From: a virus
Virus record (IMG/VR): IMGVR_UViG_3300042520_002054
Location: 32,001-96,000 of that record
Reading direction: 5' to 3' (one strand)
DNA: 64,000 nt
Each line of letters opens with the position of its first letter. Within the stretch, counting starts at the first letter, position 1. Positions 27,311-38,094 of this stretch are shown here, one piece after another. The position numbers and the translations under genes are program-made. The notes beneath the pieces are model-generated. The model did not search any database, was not told the origin of the DNA, and was given only the letters and a program-made list of their open reading frames with translations.

Positions 27311-28321
27311 ATGTTCAGGGTTCGAGATTATGTCCACGATTTTACAGAAGTACCTTCCACATGGATCTTTGAGTACTATCTCAATTTATCTCAACAACTG
27401 CACGGACAAACAGTCTTAATACGCAGTGTGTTTAACAGTAAGGACAAAAATCCTTCGCTGTCTATTTATTACAATCGTCACCTCCAACAGTACAGGTTCA
27501 AATGTTTTTCGACAGGTATAGGAGGTTCGGCGATCGACCTTATGCAACACTTATGGAAGGTTGATTTTCATACTGCAACTAAAAAGATAATTGACGACTA
27601 TGTTCAATTTATTAACAGCGGTAAGAGTTTCAATCGAACTATTTATGAAGGTGCTACATGGAGAGTCAAGGATTACACACCTCGAATCTGGAATACAAAC
27701 GACGCTAAATACTGGACACCTTTCAATATTGACAGTAAACTTTTAGAAAAATACAATGTGGTTCCTTTGGACAACTATGTAATGTTTCGTAAAAAAGGTT
27801 CTGAATGTCAAGATGATGAGTCCTTTATCACTAAAAGTGAATACATATATGGTTTCTTTAACCGAGATGGTAAATTGTATAAAATTTATCGACCGTTAGA
27901 TAAAGAACGCAAATTCTTAAAGATTGGAAACTACTTACAGGGATTGGACCAGTTAGAAATGCTGGATTACCTTGTAATAGTTTCCTCTCTTAAGGATATA
28001 ATGTGTATGAAATCTTTAGGTTTTAAGGTAGATTTAGTTGCGCCAGATAGTGAAAACTCGACATTGTCAGAACAGCAAATAGATGAATTCAAAGCAAACT
28101 ATAAAGCTGTTATAACTCTATTTGACAATGATGATGCAGGTATTAAAAACATGAAGAAATACGAGGAGTTGTATAAACTCCCCTTTGTGTATTTACCTAT
28201 GAGTAAAGATGTAAGTGACTCTGTAAAGCAGTTCGGTAAAGAGAAAGTTCTATATGAACTTGCACCAAGGTTGCAACGAGCGATTGAAAAATATGAAGAA
28301 TATCATCCTGAAAATACGTGA
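27311..28321 (+). CDS. DNA primase (TOPRIM)
   Basis: Degenerate Zn-finger FKCFSTG, SSLKD, FDNDDAG, KDVSD. Confidence 0.85.
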   Translation: MFRVRDYVHDFTEVPSTWIFEYYLNLSQQLHGQTVLIRSVFNSKDKNPSLSIYYNRHLQQYRFKCFSTGIGGSAIDLMQHLWKVDFHTATKKIIDDYVQFINSGKSFNRTIYEGATWRVKDYTPRIWNTNDAKYWTPFNIDSKLLEKYNVVPLDNYVMFRKKGSECQDDESFITKSEYIYGFFNRDGKLYKIYRPLDKERKFLKIGNYLQGLDQLEMLDYLVIVSSLKDIMCMKSLGFKVDLVAPDSENSTLSEQQIDEFKANYKAVITLFDNDDAGIKNMKKYEELYKLPFVYLPMSKDVSDSVKQFGKEKVLYELAPRLQRAIEKYEEYHPENT

Positions 28322-28361
28322 GTTCTACAAAATAAGTTAAATTTGTAGAAATCCGTATCCT

Positions 28362-28793
28362 ATGTTGATATTCATACCAGGTGCTGTACCCTCGTCCAAA
28401 AACAGCAGAATCCGTACAAAGTCAGGTTTATTCATTGCATCTAAAGCAACACAAACCTGGAGAAAAAATACAATGCAATACTGGAGTCTGTATCGAAAAG
28501 CTTTTGTAGAACAGTGTATTGGCAAGTCTCAACCTTTCTTTATTGGTTTTCATTTTGTACGGGGTACTAAACACCGTTGGGATTTTATCAATCCTTGTCA
28601 AACTATTCAAGATGAAATGACCCATCATGGGTGGTTAACAGATGACTCTGTTGACGAAATGTTACCCCTACCCTTAAAAGTAGACGGTAATTACTGGTCT
28701 TACGATAAGAACCATGCGGGTGTATATATAAAAGTATTATCTACACCTGAAGAAGCAAATTTTAATTTTTCAAAGACCGCAGTACATGTATAA
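28362..28793 (+). CDS. RusA-like Holliday junction resolvase
   Basis: VPSSKNS...WDFIN..QTIQD...WLTDDS. Confidence 0.7.
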   Translation: MLIFIPGAVPSSKNSRIRTKSGLFIASKATQTWRKNTMQYWSLYRKAFVEQCIGKSQPFFIGFHFVRGTKHRWDFINPCQTIQDEMTHHGWLTDDSVDEMLPLPLKVDGNYWSYDKNHAGVYIKVLSTPEEANFNFSKTAVHV

Positions 28794-29826
28794 ATTTAAT
28801 TCAGACGCAATCGACGCAGGCACTAGACTTAGACTTGAAGAAGAATTTTTTTCAAATAGGTTTACATTGTCATATAGCGGATTAAACAGATTGCTTTATT
28901 CCCCGCAGTTATTCTACAACGACTATGTGCTTAAAGGTAAGCAGGAGTCTGTTGACAAATATTTGGTTGAAGGTAAGTTGATTCATTGTCTATTACTTAC
29001 ACCACATGAATTTGACAAACAATTTGCTATTACACCGAAGGATCTTCCATCAGATAGCGCAAAAGCATTATTGCACACTTTGTTTAATCATCACTCTGAG
29101 CTTTCAAAAACAGAGGATTATGATGGTCGTACACAATTGGAAGAATACGGTAACGCAGTATTAGATATTCTTACAGATATGAATCTTCATCAGTCGCTTA
29201 AAACTGATGCTCAAAGGTTAGAGAAAATCATTATTGATAAGAATATTGAGTATTGGAATTACCTGCTTAATGCTGATGGTAGAAGCATTGTTGATGACAA
29301 TCAAATGGAATTTGCTAAACAAGTTGTAGAAACTATTAAAGCAAAATCTAGGATTAATCAATTGATGGGACTTACCGTAGATCCTTTTGATAAAGTTCAG
29401 GTCCTGAACGAGTTTTATGTACATCTACCAGCTGAACATTTACCTTTTGATCTTAAAGGGTTTATTGACAACTTGGTTATTGATCATAATGCTAAAATTA
29501 TCAGGATTAATGATTTGAAAAAGTCTTCAAAAGATATTCAAAACTTCAAAGATTCGATTGATTACTATCGTTATGACTTGCAAGCAGCAATGTATTATAC
29601 ATTGATTGTCAATACATTAGCTAAAGAGTATGGTTACGATGTAGAGTTTCGATTTATTGTAGTAGACTCTTTGATGCAAGTAGCTCCTTATAAGGTTTCA
29701 GCAAAGACTATGGAGGAATGGGTCAATAATCTCAACACTAAATTGGAAGAAGCATCTTACCATTTTGAGAAAAGAGATTTCGATCTCCCTTATCTATTTG
29801 CAGTAAACCAAGAAGTAGAGCTATGA
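28786..29826 (+). CDS. PD-(D/E)xK exonuclease (RecE/DUF3799-like)
   Basis: LSYSGL, GKLIH, KGFID, DLKK, YDLQAAMY. Confidence 0.85.
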   Translation: MYKFNSDAIDAGTRLRLEEEFFSNRFTLSYSGLNRLLYSPQLFYNDYVLKGKQESVDKYLVEGKLIHCLLLTPHEFDKQFAITPKDLPSDSAKALLHTLFNHHSELSKTEDYDGRTQLEEYGNAVLDILTDMNLHQSLKTDAQRLEKIIIDKNIEYWNYLLNADGRSIVDDNQMEFAKQVVETIKAKSRINQLMGLTVDPFDKVQVLNEFYVHLPAEHLPFDLKGFIDNLVIDHNAKIIRINDLKKSSKDIQNFKDSIDYYRYDLQAAMYYTLIVNTLAKEYGYDVEFRFIVVDSLMQVAPYKVSAKTMEEWVNNLNTKLEEASYHFEKRDFDLPYLFAVNQEVEL

Positions 29827-30392
29827 TTCAAGATCTGTATAAGACTTATTTTCAAAAATCCAAGGTATTTCTATATCCTCTCATAGGGATAAGTAGAAAG
29901 GCAGCTTACCGTCCCAGCAATACTTATATTGCTTGGGATGGTAGGTTCACACCTGAAGACTGCAAACTAATTGCAGTTTACAAGGTTGACGATTCTGATG
30001 AGTGGAAGCAGTTCCATTTAAATATTCTGCTGAAGAATAGGATGTTTAATTCATTCTATACTTCCAAGGATTTGACTGAGAATATCTATGTATTTGATCT
30101 GTTTTATCATAAAGCTGATTATAAGCATATTATAAGAGGTCAATACTCTAAAATACAATCACATCCTAGAGGTTTAATTCTTAACCATTTCGGACATAAT
30201 ACACCTGAGTGGGCATATGTAGAAAGTTTCTTAATTCCTAAGAAGCACTTCAAACAATATGCTGAAATGCTAGGTGTCGATCAAGAAGATCTAGAATCTG
30301 TAGGTGAATTGTGTTCACCACCAGATTTAGAAAAAGAAACTTTATCTCTAGAAACAGTTGATTATTTTGGAGAACTTGTCAAAGAAATTTAA
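29823..30392 (+). CDS. conserved hypothetical protein
   Basis: KSKVFLYPL...GQYSK; coupled ORF. Confidence 0.8.
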   Translation: MIQDLYKTYFQKSKVFLYPLIGISRKAAYRPSNTYIAWDGRFTPEDCKLIAVYKVDDSDEWKQFHLNILLKNRMFNSFYTSKDLTENIYVFDLFYHKADYKHIIRGQYSKIQSHPRGLILNHFGHNTPEWAYVESFLIPKKHFKQYAEMLGVDQEDLESVGELCSPPDLEKETLSLETVDYFGELVKEI

Positions 30393-30422
30393 TTTTGTAG
30401 AACTCATAAAAAAACCAATGTC

Positions 30423-30785
30423 ATGGCAGAAAAATCAATGCTTGTAACAACTATGGAATGGAACGGTACACCGACATTCCGAATGATTCCTATTAACATC
30501 GACTGTCCTTATGTAGATGTAATTTTTGATCCTCGTGAAAAAACTCTTGCTGTTATCAGTTCAAGTGTTAAAGAAAAACCTCAAATGTTACCTAAGCTAA
30601 ACGACAAGGGACAATTGATGCAATTACGTGGTAATGATTACGCTCAAGAACGTCGTATCATGGAAGCTTATTATGAATACTATATCCAAGATTTGACGGA
30701 TATTGAAACTTTTGTAAAGCACTTTGCTGTAAACTCAGATCACCCAGTGATTAAAACAGCAATCGAAACAGATTATAATAAGTGA
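30423..30785 (+). CDS. hypothetical protein
   Basis: ORF upstream of the polymerase. Confidence 0.8.
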   Translation: MAEKSMLVTTMEWNGTPTFRMIPINIDCPYVDVIFDPREKTLAVISSSVKEKPQMLPKLNDKGQLMQLRGNDYAQERRIMEAYYEYYIQDLTDIETFVKHFAVNSDHPVIKTAIETDYNK

Positions 30786-30809
30786 TTACAATAGTTTCAT
30801 CCCGTGTCT

Positions 30810-32777
30810 ATGAATCGTACATTTTGGATAATGGACTATGAAACAATAGTAAATTGTTTTATAGCTGTTTTTGAAGCGTATGACCGGGATGAACGTAAAG
30901 TATTTGTAATTAATCGTGACAGAAATGACGCTGTTGCATTTATCAAATTTCTTGATGAATGTATTGTAAGTGACAGCTGGCACTTTGGTTACAATAATAT
31001 TGCTTTTGACGCCCAGATTACGCAGTATATACTGGTAAACCGTGAAGCTATACTAAAAGGTAGTAGTGATGAAGTCACTATGATGATCGCTCAGTATGCC
31101 GGAACGGTAATTAATAAATCTAGGAACAATGAGTTCCATGATTTTAGAGAAGAAGACTTTTCTATCAAAGTGATTGACATTTTTAAACTCAATCACTGGG
31201 ATAATCCTGCTAAAAGATCAAGCTTAAAGTGGATACAATACTCTTTAGATTGGAATAATGTACAAGAAATGCCGCATAAACACACTAATCCTGTGTTAAC
31301 GAATGAAGTACTAAACGATCTGATAGGATATTGTATTAACGACGTTGCTTCTACTAAAAACATTTTTCATTACAAAGATGAGAAAGGTGTAGAAGTAATG
31401 AAAGAGCAAATACGACTGCGTTCTGAACTCAGTAAGCAGTATGGTATAAATCTTTACAGTGCTTCTGAGCCACGCATAAGTAAAGAAATGTTCTTACACT
31501 TTTTGAGCGAGCGTCTAAATCAGGATAAACGCACCATTAGAGGATATCGAACTAGCAGAAATAAGATTCAGATAAGTGATGTTCTATTACCATACATTGA
31601 TTTCCATACGCCGGAATTCAAAGCTATGTTCAACTGGTTTAAAAACCTTTCAATAGAAATCAGAGAAGAAAACACTTCTGACACAGAGAATAAAGGTCCT
31701 AAATATACAATGCACTATAAAGGTGTAGAAACTGTATATGGTTTAGGTGGATTACATGGTTGTGCTAAACCAGGTATTTACGAAGCCAAAGACGATATGA
31801 TTCTTGTGACAGCAGATGTTACATCTTTTTATCCGAATCTAGCTATACGCAACAAGTGGAGTCCTGCTCACATTAAAAATGATGTATTCTGTGAGCTTTA
31901 TGAATGGTTCTTTGAAGAGCGTAAAAAGTATCCTAAAGGTTCTACTCTCAATTATCTTTTTAAGATTATTCTAAACTCAACGTATGGTCTAAGTAAGAAT
32001 GTTTATTCATTCTTGTATGATCCTATGTTTACATTTAGAATTACAATCAACGGACAGTTATTGTTAAGCATGCTTTACGAAATGGTAATCACAAGAATAC
32101 CTAACGCTGAAGCTATCATGCAAAACACAGATGGTTGTGAATTTATTATTCCCAAAGAATACAGAGGTATGTTTGAAAACATCTGTAAAGAATGGGAACA
32201 AATGACCAATCTAGAACTTGAACTTGACGAGTACAAAAAGATGATTATATCAGATGTAAACAATTACATCGCGATGTACAAAAAAGAGGGTAAAGAACCA
32301 AAGTGTAAAGGACGTTTTGAGTTTTCAAATCTAGCACTGCATAAAAACAAATCATACCAGGTTGTCCCTAAAGCTTTGTATGCATACTTTGTTAACGGTA
32401 TTGATCCTAAAGAATACATAGAATCTAATCGTAACATTTATGATTATTGTGCAGGTGCAAAAATTAAAGGTGACTGGCATTTCGTAGAGCGAAAAGTCAT
32501 TGACGGATGCTACATAGAAAATCAATTGCAAAATCTTGTGAGATATTATATCAGCAAGCATGGAGTAAAGATTATTAAATGCAGCTCTGACGGTAGAGAA
32601 ATACAATTAGAAAGTGGTAAATGGTTACAATCTATTTTCAACGTATTTGACTCTAAAGCTTGGAATGACTATGATATTGATGAGTCATTCTATTTAGATA
32701 AAATCTATCGTGAAATAGCAAAGATTGAAGAATCTAATCCATTAGTAAATTCTAACAAACAACTTACTTTATTCTAG
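30810..32777 (+). CDS. polB: DNA polymerase family B
   Basis: Exo DYE/YNNIAFD/YCINDV; DVTSFYP; KIILNSTYG; NTDG; KCKG. Confidence 0.93.
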   Translation: MNRTFWIMDYETIVNCFIAVFEAYDRDERKVFVINRDRNDAVAFIKFLDECIVSDSWHFGYNNIAFDAQITQYILVNREAILKGSSDEVTMMIAQYAGTVINKSRNNEFHDFREEDFSIKVIDIFKLNHWDNPAKRSSLKWIQYSLDWNNVQEMPHKHTNPVLTNEVLNDLIGYCINDVASTKNIFHYKDEKGVEVMKEQIRLRSELSKQYGINLYSASEPRISKEMFLHFLSERLNQDKRTIRGYRTSRNKIQISDVLLPYIDFHTPEFKAMFNWFKNLSIEIREENTSDTENKGPKYTMHYKGVETVYGLGGLHGCAKPGIYEAKDDMILVTADVTSFYPNLAIRNKWSPAHIKNDVFCELYEWFFEERKKYPKGSTLNYLFKIILNSTYGLSKNVYSFLYDPMFTFRITINGQLLLSMLYEMVITRIPNAEAIMQNTDGCEFIIPKEYRGMFENICKEWEQMTNLELELDEYKKMIISDVNNYIAMYKKEGKEPKCKGRFEFSNLALHKNKSYQVVPKALYAYFVNGIDPKEYIESNRNIYDYCAGAKIKGDWHFVERKVIDGCYIENQLQNLVRYYISKHGVKIIKCSSDGREIQLESGKWLQSIFNVFDSKAWNDYDIDESFYLDKIYREIAKIEESNPLVNSNKQLTLF

Positions 32778-32778
32778 T

Positions 32779-33630
32779 ATGAAAAGAACAGTAAACGGAT
32801 TCGACGCATATAATCGAATCATTACAGCAAGTACCCCAGAGCGTACAGATAGCTATACGCCTATCATGCATTCCAATGTCATTAGTCAAGTACGAAAAGA
32901 AATTGGAAAAGCAGGTTTTATGATTACTGCGGAAGATTACCGCAGTACCAATAACGGTCAAGTCGCTATTGGTAATTACAGGATTAACTATAAGTCAGAT
33001 CCTGATATTGAACTAACAGCTTCCTTTATGAATTCTTACAACAAACAGTTTGCATTTAGATTTACAATCGGTGCAATGGTTCGTGTATGCTTGAATGGAA
33101 TGTTTGTAAGTGACGGTAAATTTGGTTTCTTCAAGCGTGTTCATAAAGGTGACGCCGACATCTTGTCAACATCAATTATTAGTGACTATCTCAAATCAGC
33201 TGATGATTATTGGGGAACATTAGTAGGTGCTAAAGATGAGTTGAAAACTAAATCATTAAGTAAGTCTGACCAGTATAACATTCTTGGTCAACTATTCTTT
33301 GATGATAAGCTTTTGACTACTCTTCAGATGAACATTATCAAAAAAGAATTAGAAAATCCTTCTTTTGAGTATGGTGTTGACAATAGTTCTGCATGGGCTT
33401 TATATAATCACGTAACTCTAGCATTAAAAGAATCACATCCAGCTAACTGGATGGATGATCATTATGCTATACATGATCGCTTTGCAGAGTATTTAGACTT
33501 AGGAACTCATCGTACAAAATACATGGCAGAACTTACTGAAAAAGGTAAGACTGAACTTGTATTTGCTGATGAAACTGATGTTGTTAGTGAAGAAGAAATA
33601 CCAGTTGAAACAGCTGGTTTCTTTTTATAA
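32779..33630 (+). CDS. DUF932-like protein
   Basis: YTPIMH, NSYNK, VRVCLNGM, H, SAWALYN. Confidence 0.7.
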   Translation: MKRTVNGFDAYNRIITASTPERTDSYTPIMHSNVISQVRKEIGKAGFMITAEDYRSTNNGQVAIGNYRINYKSDPDIELTASFMNSYNKQFAFRFTIGAMVRVCLNGMFVSDGKFGFFKRVHKGDADILSTSIISDYLKSADDYWGTLVGAKDELKTKSLSKSDQYNILGQLFFDDKLLTTLQMNIIKKELENPSFEYGVDNSSAWALYNHVTLALKESHPANWMDDHYAIHDRFAEYLDLGTHRTKYMAELTEKGKTELVFADETDVVSEEEIPVETAGFFL

Positions 33631-33676
33631 ATAATTAGAGGGGTCCTAGTGACCCCTCATTATTTTTTTTTTCATC

Positions 33677-33835
33677 ATGAAAGACGTAATTATTGAAACT
33701 ATTGAATCATTCTTCTCAAAGAAGAGAAACTATTCCTCATTTTATGTCATACGTAGGTATCTAAAAATGAAGTACAGAATTTATGTTTCTAAATCTGTTT
33801 TACTATCAAGATTTAAATCTTATAAAAAATCATGA
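33677..33835 (+). CDS. small basic protein (52 aa)
   Basis: MKDVIIETIESFF...IRRYLKMKYRI, read by eye; ATGA overlap with the next gene. Confidence 0.5.
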   Translation: MKDVIIETIESFFSKKRNYSSFYVIRRYLKMKYRIYVSKSVLLSRFKSYKKS

Positions 33836-34548
33836 AAACACCTCACATTATAGGCATTTCAGGTAAAATTGGAACAGGTAAAGACACTGTTGCAAAGCTT
33901 ATAAATATTATTTGTAAGTATCCTGATTTTTCAGATGCCACAGTAGAACATTTTTATCATAATGGTAAATTTATTTCAAATACCTGGGACGTAAAAAAGT
34001 TTGCAGGTAAATTAAAACATATAGCATCTATACTGACAGGAATACCTGAGTATAAATTTGAAGATCAAGAATTCAAAAAAGCTCTTCTTGGTCCTGAGTG
34101 GGGTAATACATCTACAAATACACCACTTAATAGCATTGAACCATTTAAAGATATTGAGTTTAATAATTTAATGAGTGTGCGAGAGTTTTTACAAAAGCTT
34201 GGTACAGAAGCTATGCGTAAGGGTCTACACGACAATACTTGGGTTAATGCATTATTTGCTTCTTATTATTCTGGATCTAGATGGGTTATTACAGATGTCA
34301 GGTTTGAAAATGAGGCTGATGCTATACGTTCTAGAAAAGGATTACTTATCAGAATGGTAAGAGAAAACGCTGAAATAAAATCTGATCACCCTTCTGAAAC
34401 TGGTTTAGATAAATATGAATTTGATGTATACCTCATCAATAATGGCACACTTCAAGATCTTATACCTAAAGTTCGTGAGCTTGTCAATCTATATGAATTA
34501 AACAGTAATTACGAAGAGTTTCAGTCACATAACGAAGGTTTCTTTTAA
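33832..34548 (+). CDS. deoxynucleoside monophosphate kinase
   Basis: GISGKIGTGKDT, REFLQKLGTE, ITDVRFENEA, HPSE. Confidence 0.9.
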   Translation: MKTPHIIGISGKIGTGKDTVAKLINIICKYPDFSDATVEHFYHNGKFISNTWDVKKFAGKLKHIASILTGIPEYKFEDQEFKKALLGPEWGNTSTNTPLNSIEPFKDIEFNNLMSVREFLQKLGTEAMRKGLHDNTWVNALFASYYSGSRWVITDVRFENEADAIRSRKGLLIRMVRENAEIKSDHPSETGLDKYEFDVYLINNGTLQDLIPKVRELVNLYELNSNYEEFQSHNEGFF

Positions 34549-34559
34549 TAACATATCCT

Positions 34560-34889
34560 ATGGAAAACAAGACTTATTATGTAATGGGTGGAGAAAATGA
34601 ACATGATATAGAGTATATCATAGAAGTACCACACGATGAGGATGTTATAATCATGAAATATTCAGATTCTGTAACATGGTCTCAGCATGTCAGAAATCAA
34701 AAAATCATGGAAGTTTTGAATTCAGGAGACGGATACAGAATTAATTGGACAACCAAACCCGGTAAGGTTTTAGACTATGCACAAATCGCTGAGTTAACTA
34801 TTATGCTAGATTTTCTAAACCGTTTTGATTATTCACCGATGAAGTACAAAATATTAGAAGCTGTAAAAGAAAAAACCCCTCGTAATTGA
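34560..34889 (+). CDS. hypothetical protein
   Basis: ORF. Confidence 0.75.
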   Translation: MENKTYYVMGGENEHDIEYIIEVPHDEDVIIMKYSDSVTWSQHVRNQKIMEVLNSGDGYRINWTTKPGKVLDYAQIAELTIMLDFLNRFDYSPMKYKILEAVKEKTPRN

Positions 34890-34900
34890 GGGGTTTTCTT
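34870..34900. terminator. bidirectional terminator between convergent genes
   Basis: AAAAAACCCCTC..GAGGGGTTTTCTT. Confidence 0.8.
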
Positions 34901-34919
34901 CTTATATAGTGAACATAAA

Positions 34920-35570
34920 CTATAGAGACTTAAGCATCTCTATAAGTTTAGGATGAGGGTAAATATCCACCTTATCTTTTCTTACAGAATTATGAGTATA
35001 TACTCCAGGTTCACCTTTTAAAGCTCGTGGTGTAATGTCCCAAATATCTTCGTTATATTCTAAAGGAATTCCATATTTCTCTTTCCAAAGCAGCAAGAGT
35101 TCTTTTGTCGATTCTATTTGAGCATCAGTGTAATTATGAAAATATTTGTATCCTTTAAAAGGTTTTTCCAGTTCACATACTTGATCTGCAGGTACTTCTC
35201 TGTTGACATAGTTATAAAACTTACCGTCTTTTAAAGTTAATTGTCCCCAGCAGCAGATTTCAATACCAATAGAAATCTTATCAAGACTCTGATAAGGTAC
35301 TTTATGTTTGGTAAAGATATCCTGTTTCAAACCTAGGTGATACGCCCAGTACTTAGATGAAAATCCTTGGACAATTTGACCATCAATAGTAGCTGTACCC
35401 TTACCAGAAATAGAAACACAAGTAGCAATACGTTCAGTATTTGCAGCCCATCCTTTAAATACCTGTTCAGCATTTGCATTACCTGCTGTATGGTGTAAAT
35501 AGATTTGTTTTTTAGGGAATACATCCTGCATGTACTGACTTGCAGGAAAAGCTATTTGTTTAATGTTCAT
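34920..35570 (-). CDS. endolysin, N-acetylmuramoyl-L-alanine amidase (Amidase_2)
   Basis: YLHHTAG, WAYH, SIGIEI, YTDAQI, YTH..RKDKVD. Confidence 0.88.
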   Translation of the reverse strand: MNIKQIAFPASQYMQDVFPKKQIYLHHTAGNANAEQVFKGWAANTERIATCVSISGKGTATIDGQIVQGFSSKYWAYHLGLKQDIFTKHKVPYQSLDKISIGIEICCWGQLTLKDGKFYNYVNREVPADQVCELEKPFKGYKYFHNYTDAQIESTKELLLLWKEKYGIPLEYNEDIWDITPRALKGEPGVYTHNSVRKDKVDIYPHPKLIEMLKSL

Positions 35571-36178
35571 TTCTTAGATAATTTGAGTTTCCACTGCGTA
35601 CCAATTCCGAAAAAAGGACCTTGATTCGGAATGATCATTCCATTTACATAATAAACTTTGTCAGATTTTGTCTTCAAATACAAATTCAATTCAGCACCCA
35701 CTGTATTTAGTTCGGTATTTGTAAAGATTCCACCCCCTACATACACCTGGTTACGGTTTTTGACCACAGTTGTTGTCTCTTTTACAATAGGTAACCTGTA
35801 CTTATAGTTGTATATTCTATTCTTTAGCTCATTAAACTGTACAGAATCAACAACAAAGACGTAACCTAAAGAGTCAAGCTTTAGTGTATCAGCGTAAATA
35901 TTGATTGCAGTATATTCCTTAACCAAATTCTGAAACTGTTTTTTTAATACAGCATAATTTGTATCAGGTATGTATTTAATTTCTCCAGGTAAATAAGTTG
36001 TATCTCTAATTATCCTGGGAACTTTACGAACAATCAACGAGTCTTTAGTAATGTATACAGTATCTCTTTTTACTGTAACCTGACCGGGTTCTGTAATCGT
36101 ACTTGGACCAGAACATGATCTTTGTAGTAGTATAATCAATACTAAGACTCCTATAATAATTAAATAAAATCTATTCAT
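35567..36178 (-). CDS. spanin-like membrane or lipoprotein
   Basis: N-terminal TM ending LQRSC, C-terminal amphipathic beta-strands; adjacent to the endolysin. Confidence 0.55.
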   Translation of the reverse strand: MNRFYLIIIGVLVLIILLQRSCSGPSTITEPGQVTVKRDTVYITKDSLIVRKVPRIIRDTTYLPGEIKYIPDTNYAVLKKQFQNLVKEYTAINIYADTLKLDSLGYVFVVDSVQFNELKNRIYNYKYRLPIVKETTTVVKNRNQVYVGGGIFTNTELNTVGAELNLYLKTKSDKVYYVNGMIIPNQGPFFGIGTQWKLKLSKK

Positions 36179-36196
36179 TTGGTTTTCAATAAGTTA

Positions 36197-36463
36197 TCAA
36201 ACATCTGGGTCCTGCTTTTCTTCTTCTTTCTTTGCAGGTCTTTTAATCACTTGACCCAGAGTACCGATACCAAGTGAGGCAGCACATAGTATCAAGAATC
36301 CATCAAATACATATTGATGAATGTTTAATGTTTTACCTATAAGACCTGTAATCAAGTCAGCTATCAATATGATTAAGCAAGCAACAAGAGAAACAAGACC
36401 CACGAATGTTTTTTCGCTGATCTCATTATCATCTCTAATTAGCTTTTTAAAAAACTCTATCAT
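36197..36463 (-). CDS. putative holin
   Basis: Two TM helices and a charged C-tail, in the lysis cassette. Confidence 0.6.
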   Translation of the reverse strand: MIEFFKKLIRDDNEISEKTFVGLVSLVACLIILIADLITGLIGKTLNIHQYVFDGFLILCAASLGIGTLGQVIKRPAKKEEEKQDPDV

Positions 36464-36468
36464 AAAAA

Positions 36469-36774
36469 TTATTTTCTCTTGTAATCAATGTCGTTTTCAG
36501 GCTTAATATAATAAGTCTGTTCTCTTTCTTGAGATTGCGAAGGCAACTCTGAAGAAGCGGGCTTACTTGTAGTAAACACATAGTTCTTTAGCATCGATAC
36601 ATCTGATTCCAGTTGCTCGATTTTAACTCTGTCCGCACTCTGATTTGTCAGAAGCAATTTTACGTCAGCTCGCATTTCGGTAATATCCCTCCACAACAGG
36701 ATACCGACAAGTCCGATAAGCATAGGACTTGCCCACTCTTTGACAGTGCTGATAACTTTTTCTTTGTCTTGCAT
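36469..36774 (-). CDS. membrane protein with coiled coil (holin or antiholin candidate)
   Basis: One TM helix followed by a heptad segment. Confidence 0.6.
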   Translation of the reverse strand: MQDKEKVISTVKEWASPMLIGLVGILLWRDITEMRADVKLLLTNQSADRVKIEQLESDVSMLKNYVFTTSKPASSELPSQSQEREQTYYIKPENDIDYKRK

Positions 36775-36836
36775 GGTAGTATGATCAAAATAGATTGTAA
36801 AAAGTTTTTGATAATTCTACCACCTCCCTCATATAA

Positions 36837-36866
36837 AATATACCCAATAGTTTCGAGTTCTCCAAG
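36837..36866 (-). promoter_or_regulatory. candidate late promoter CTTGGAGA-N15-GTATATT
   Basis: Identical boxes and spacing recur at 42312-42341. Confidence 0.55.
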
Positions 36867-37118
36867 AAATTCACTTACTTTGTAGAACTCATTAATGAAT
36901 ATTTAATCAATATGATTTCAAAGTACTGTAAACTAGAAGTTTGTGTGAATTGCATGAATTTTTCCAAAAATTTCATGCACTCTAAGACCAGACTTCCTGT
37001 AGAACTTTGTAAATTATATATGTAACTCCTCATTATTTACTGACCATTCATGTCCTTCATTTTTCGGGATATGGGAGGTCTTTTTGTCTCTATATGCAAC
37101 ACTAACAAAACATAGAAT

Positions 37119-38093
37119 ATGGGAATTTTTGACAAACGTATCGCATTTAAACCTTACGAACACCCTGAGATTATGAAATACAGGGATGCCATCAAGCATA
37201 GTCGCTGGGACGTTGAAGAATTCAACTTTGACAGTGATGCTTATGATTTTAAACACAAGCTTTCTAACGCAGAAAAGGAAGCTATTAAAAGAACTCTTCT
37301 CGCTATTTCGCAAATTGAGATCAGTGTCAAAACATTCTGGGCTAAATTAGGAGAACACATTCCTAAACCAGAATTCAATGCTGTAGGTATTACGTTTGCT
37401 GAAAACGAAGTAGTACACTCTGAAGCATACTCTAAGCTTTTAGAAGTACTTGGATTTAACAGTGAGTTTGATTTACTACTTCAGAACCCTGTTATAGGTG
37501 GACGTGTAGAGTATCTTACCAAGTATCTTAAAAACAGTGGAGACAATGCAAAGCAGGTATATACCCTGAATCTTGCTTTGTTCTCAATGTTTATTGAGAA
37601 CGTATCTCTTTTCAGCCAATTTGCTATTGTAAAATCATTTATTGAAAAGAAAAATCTTTTAAAAGAGGTTGACACAGTAATTGAAGCTACGATGAAAGAA
37701 GAAATTATCCATGCTCAGTTAGGTATGCATGTCATTAACCTTATAAAAAAAGAGTACCCAGAATGGTTTGACCAGGATTTTTATGAAAAAATCTATAGAG
37801 CATGCAAAAAAGCTTTTGATGCTGAGGTTAAAATCATTGACTGGATATTCGAAGAAGGTGAAATTGACACTGTATCTAAAGAAGCTGTAATTGAATTTAT
37901 TAAGAATAGATTTAATAGCTCACTTACTGCTATAGGAGGTGAGGAACTATTCGAAATAAACGAAACAGTTTTATCTGAACTATACTGGATGGTTGAAGCT
38001 ATCTATGGATATGTTCGCAACGATTTCTTCAATACACAAGGAACAAACTACACTAAATTTCAAAAATCAATAACAAGTAAAGATCTTTTTTAA
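37119..38093 (+). CDS. nrdB: ribonucleotide reductase beta subunit (class Id-like)
   Basis: QIEISVK, ENEVVHSEAY, IENVSLFSQF, EEIIH, C-terminal NYTK...DLF. Confidence 0.93.
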   Translation: MGIFDKRIAFKPYEHPEIMKYRDAIKHSRWDVEEFNFDSDAYDFKHKLSNAEKEAIKRTLLAISQIEISVKTFWAKLGEHIPKPEFNAVGITFAENEVVHSEAYSKLLEVLGFNSEFDLLLQNPVIGGRVEYLTKYLKNSGDNAKQVYTLNLALFSMFIENVSLFSQFAIVKSFIEKKNLLKEVDTVIEATMKEEIIHAQLGMHVINLIKKEYPEWFDQDFYEKIYRACKKAFDAEVKIIDWIFEEGEIDTVSKEAVIEFIKNRFNSSLTAIGGEELFEINETVLSELYWMVEAIYGYVRNDFFNTQGTNYTKFQKSITSKDLF

Positions 38094-38094
38094 T

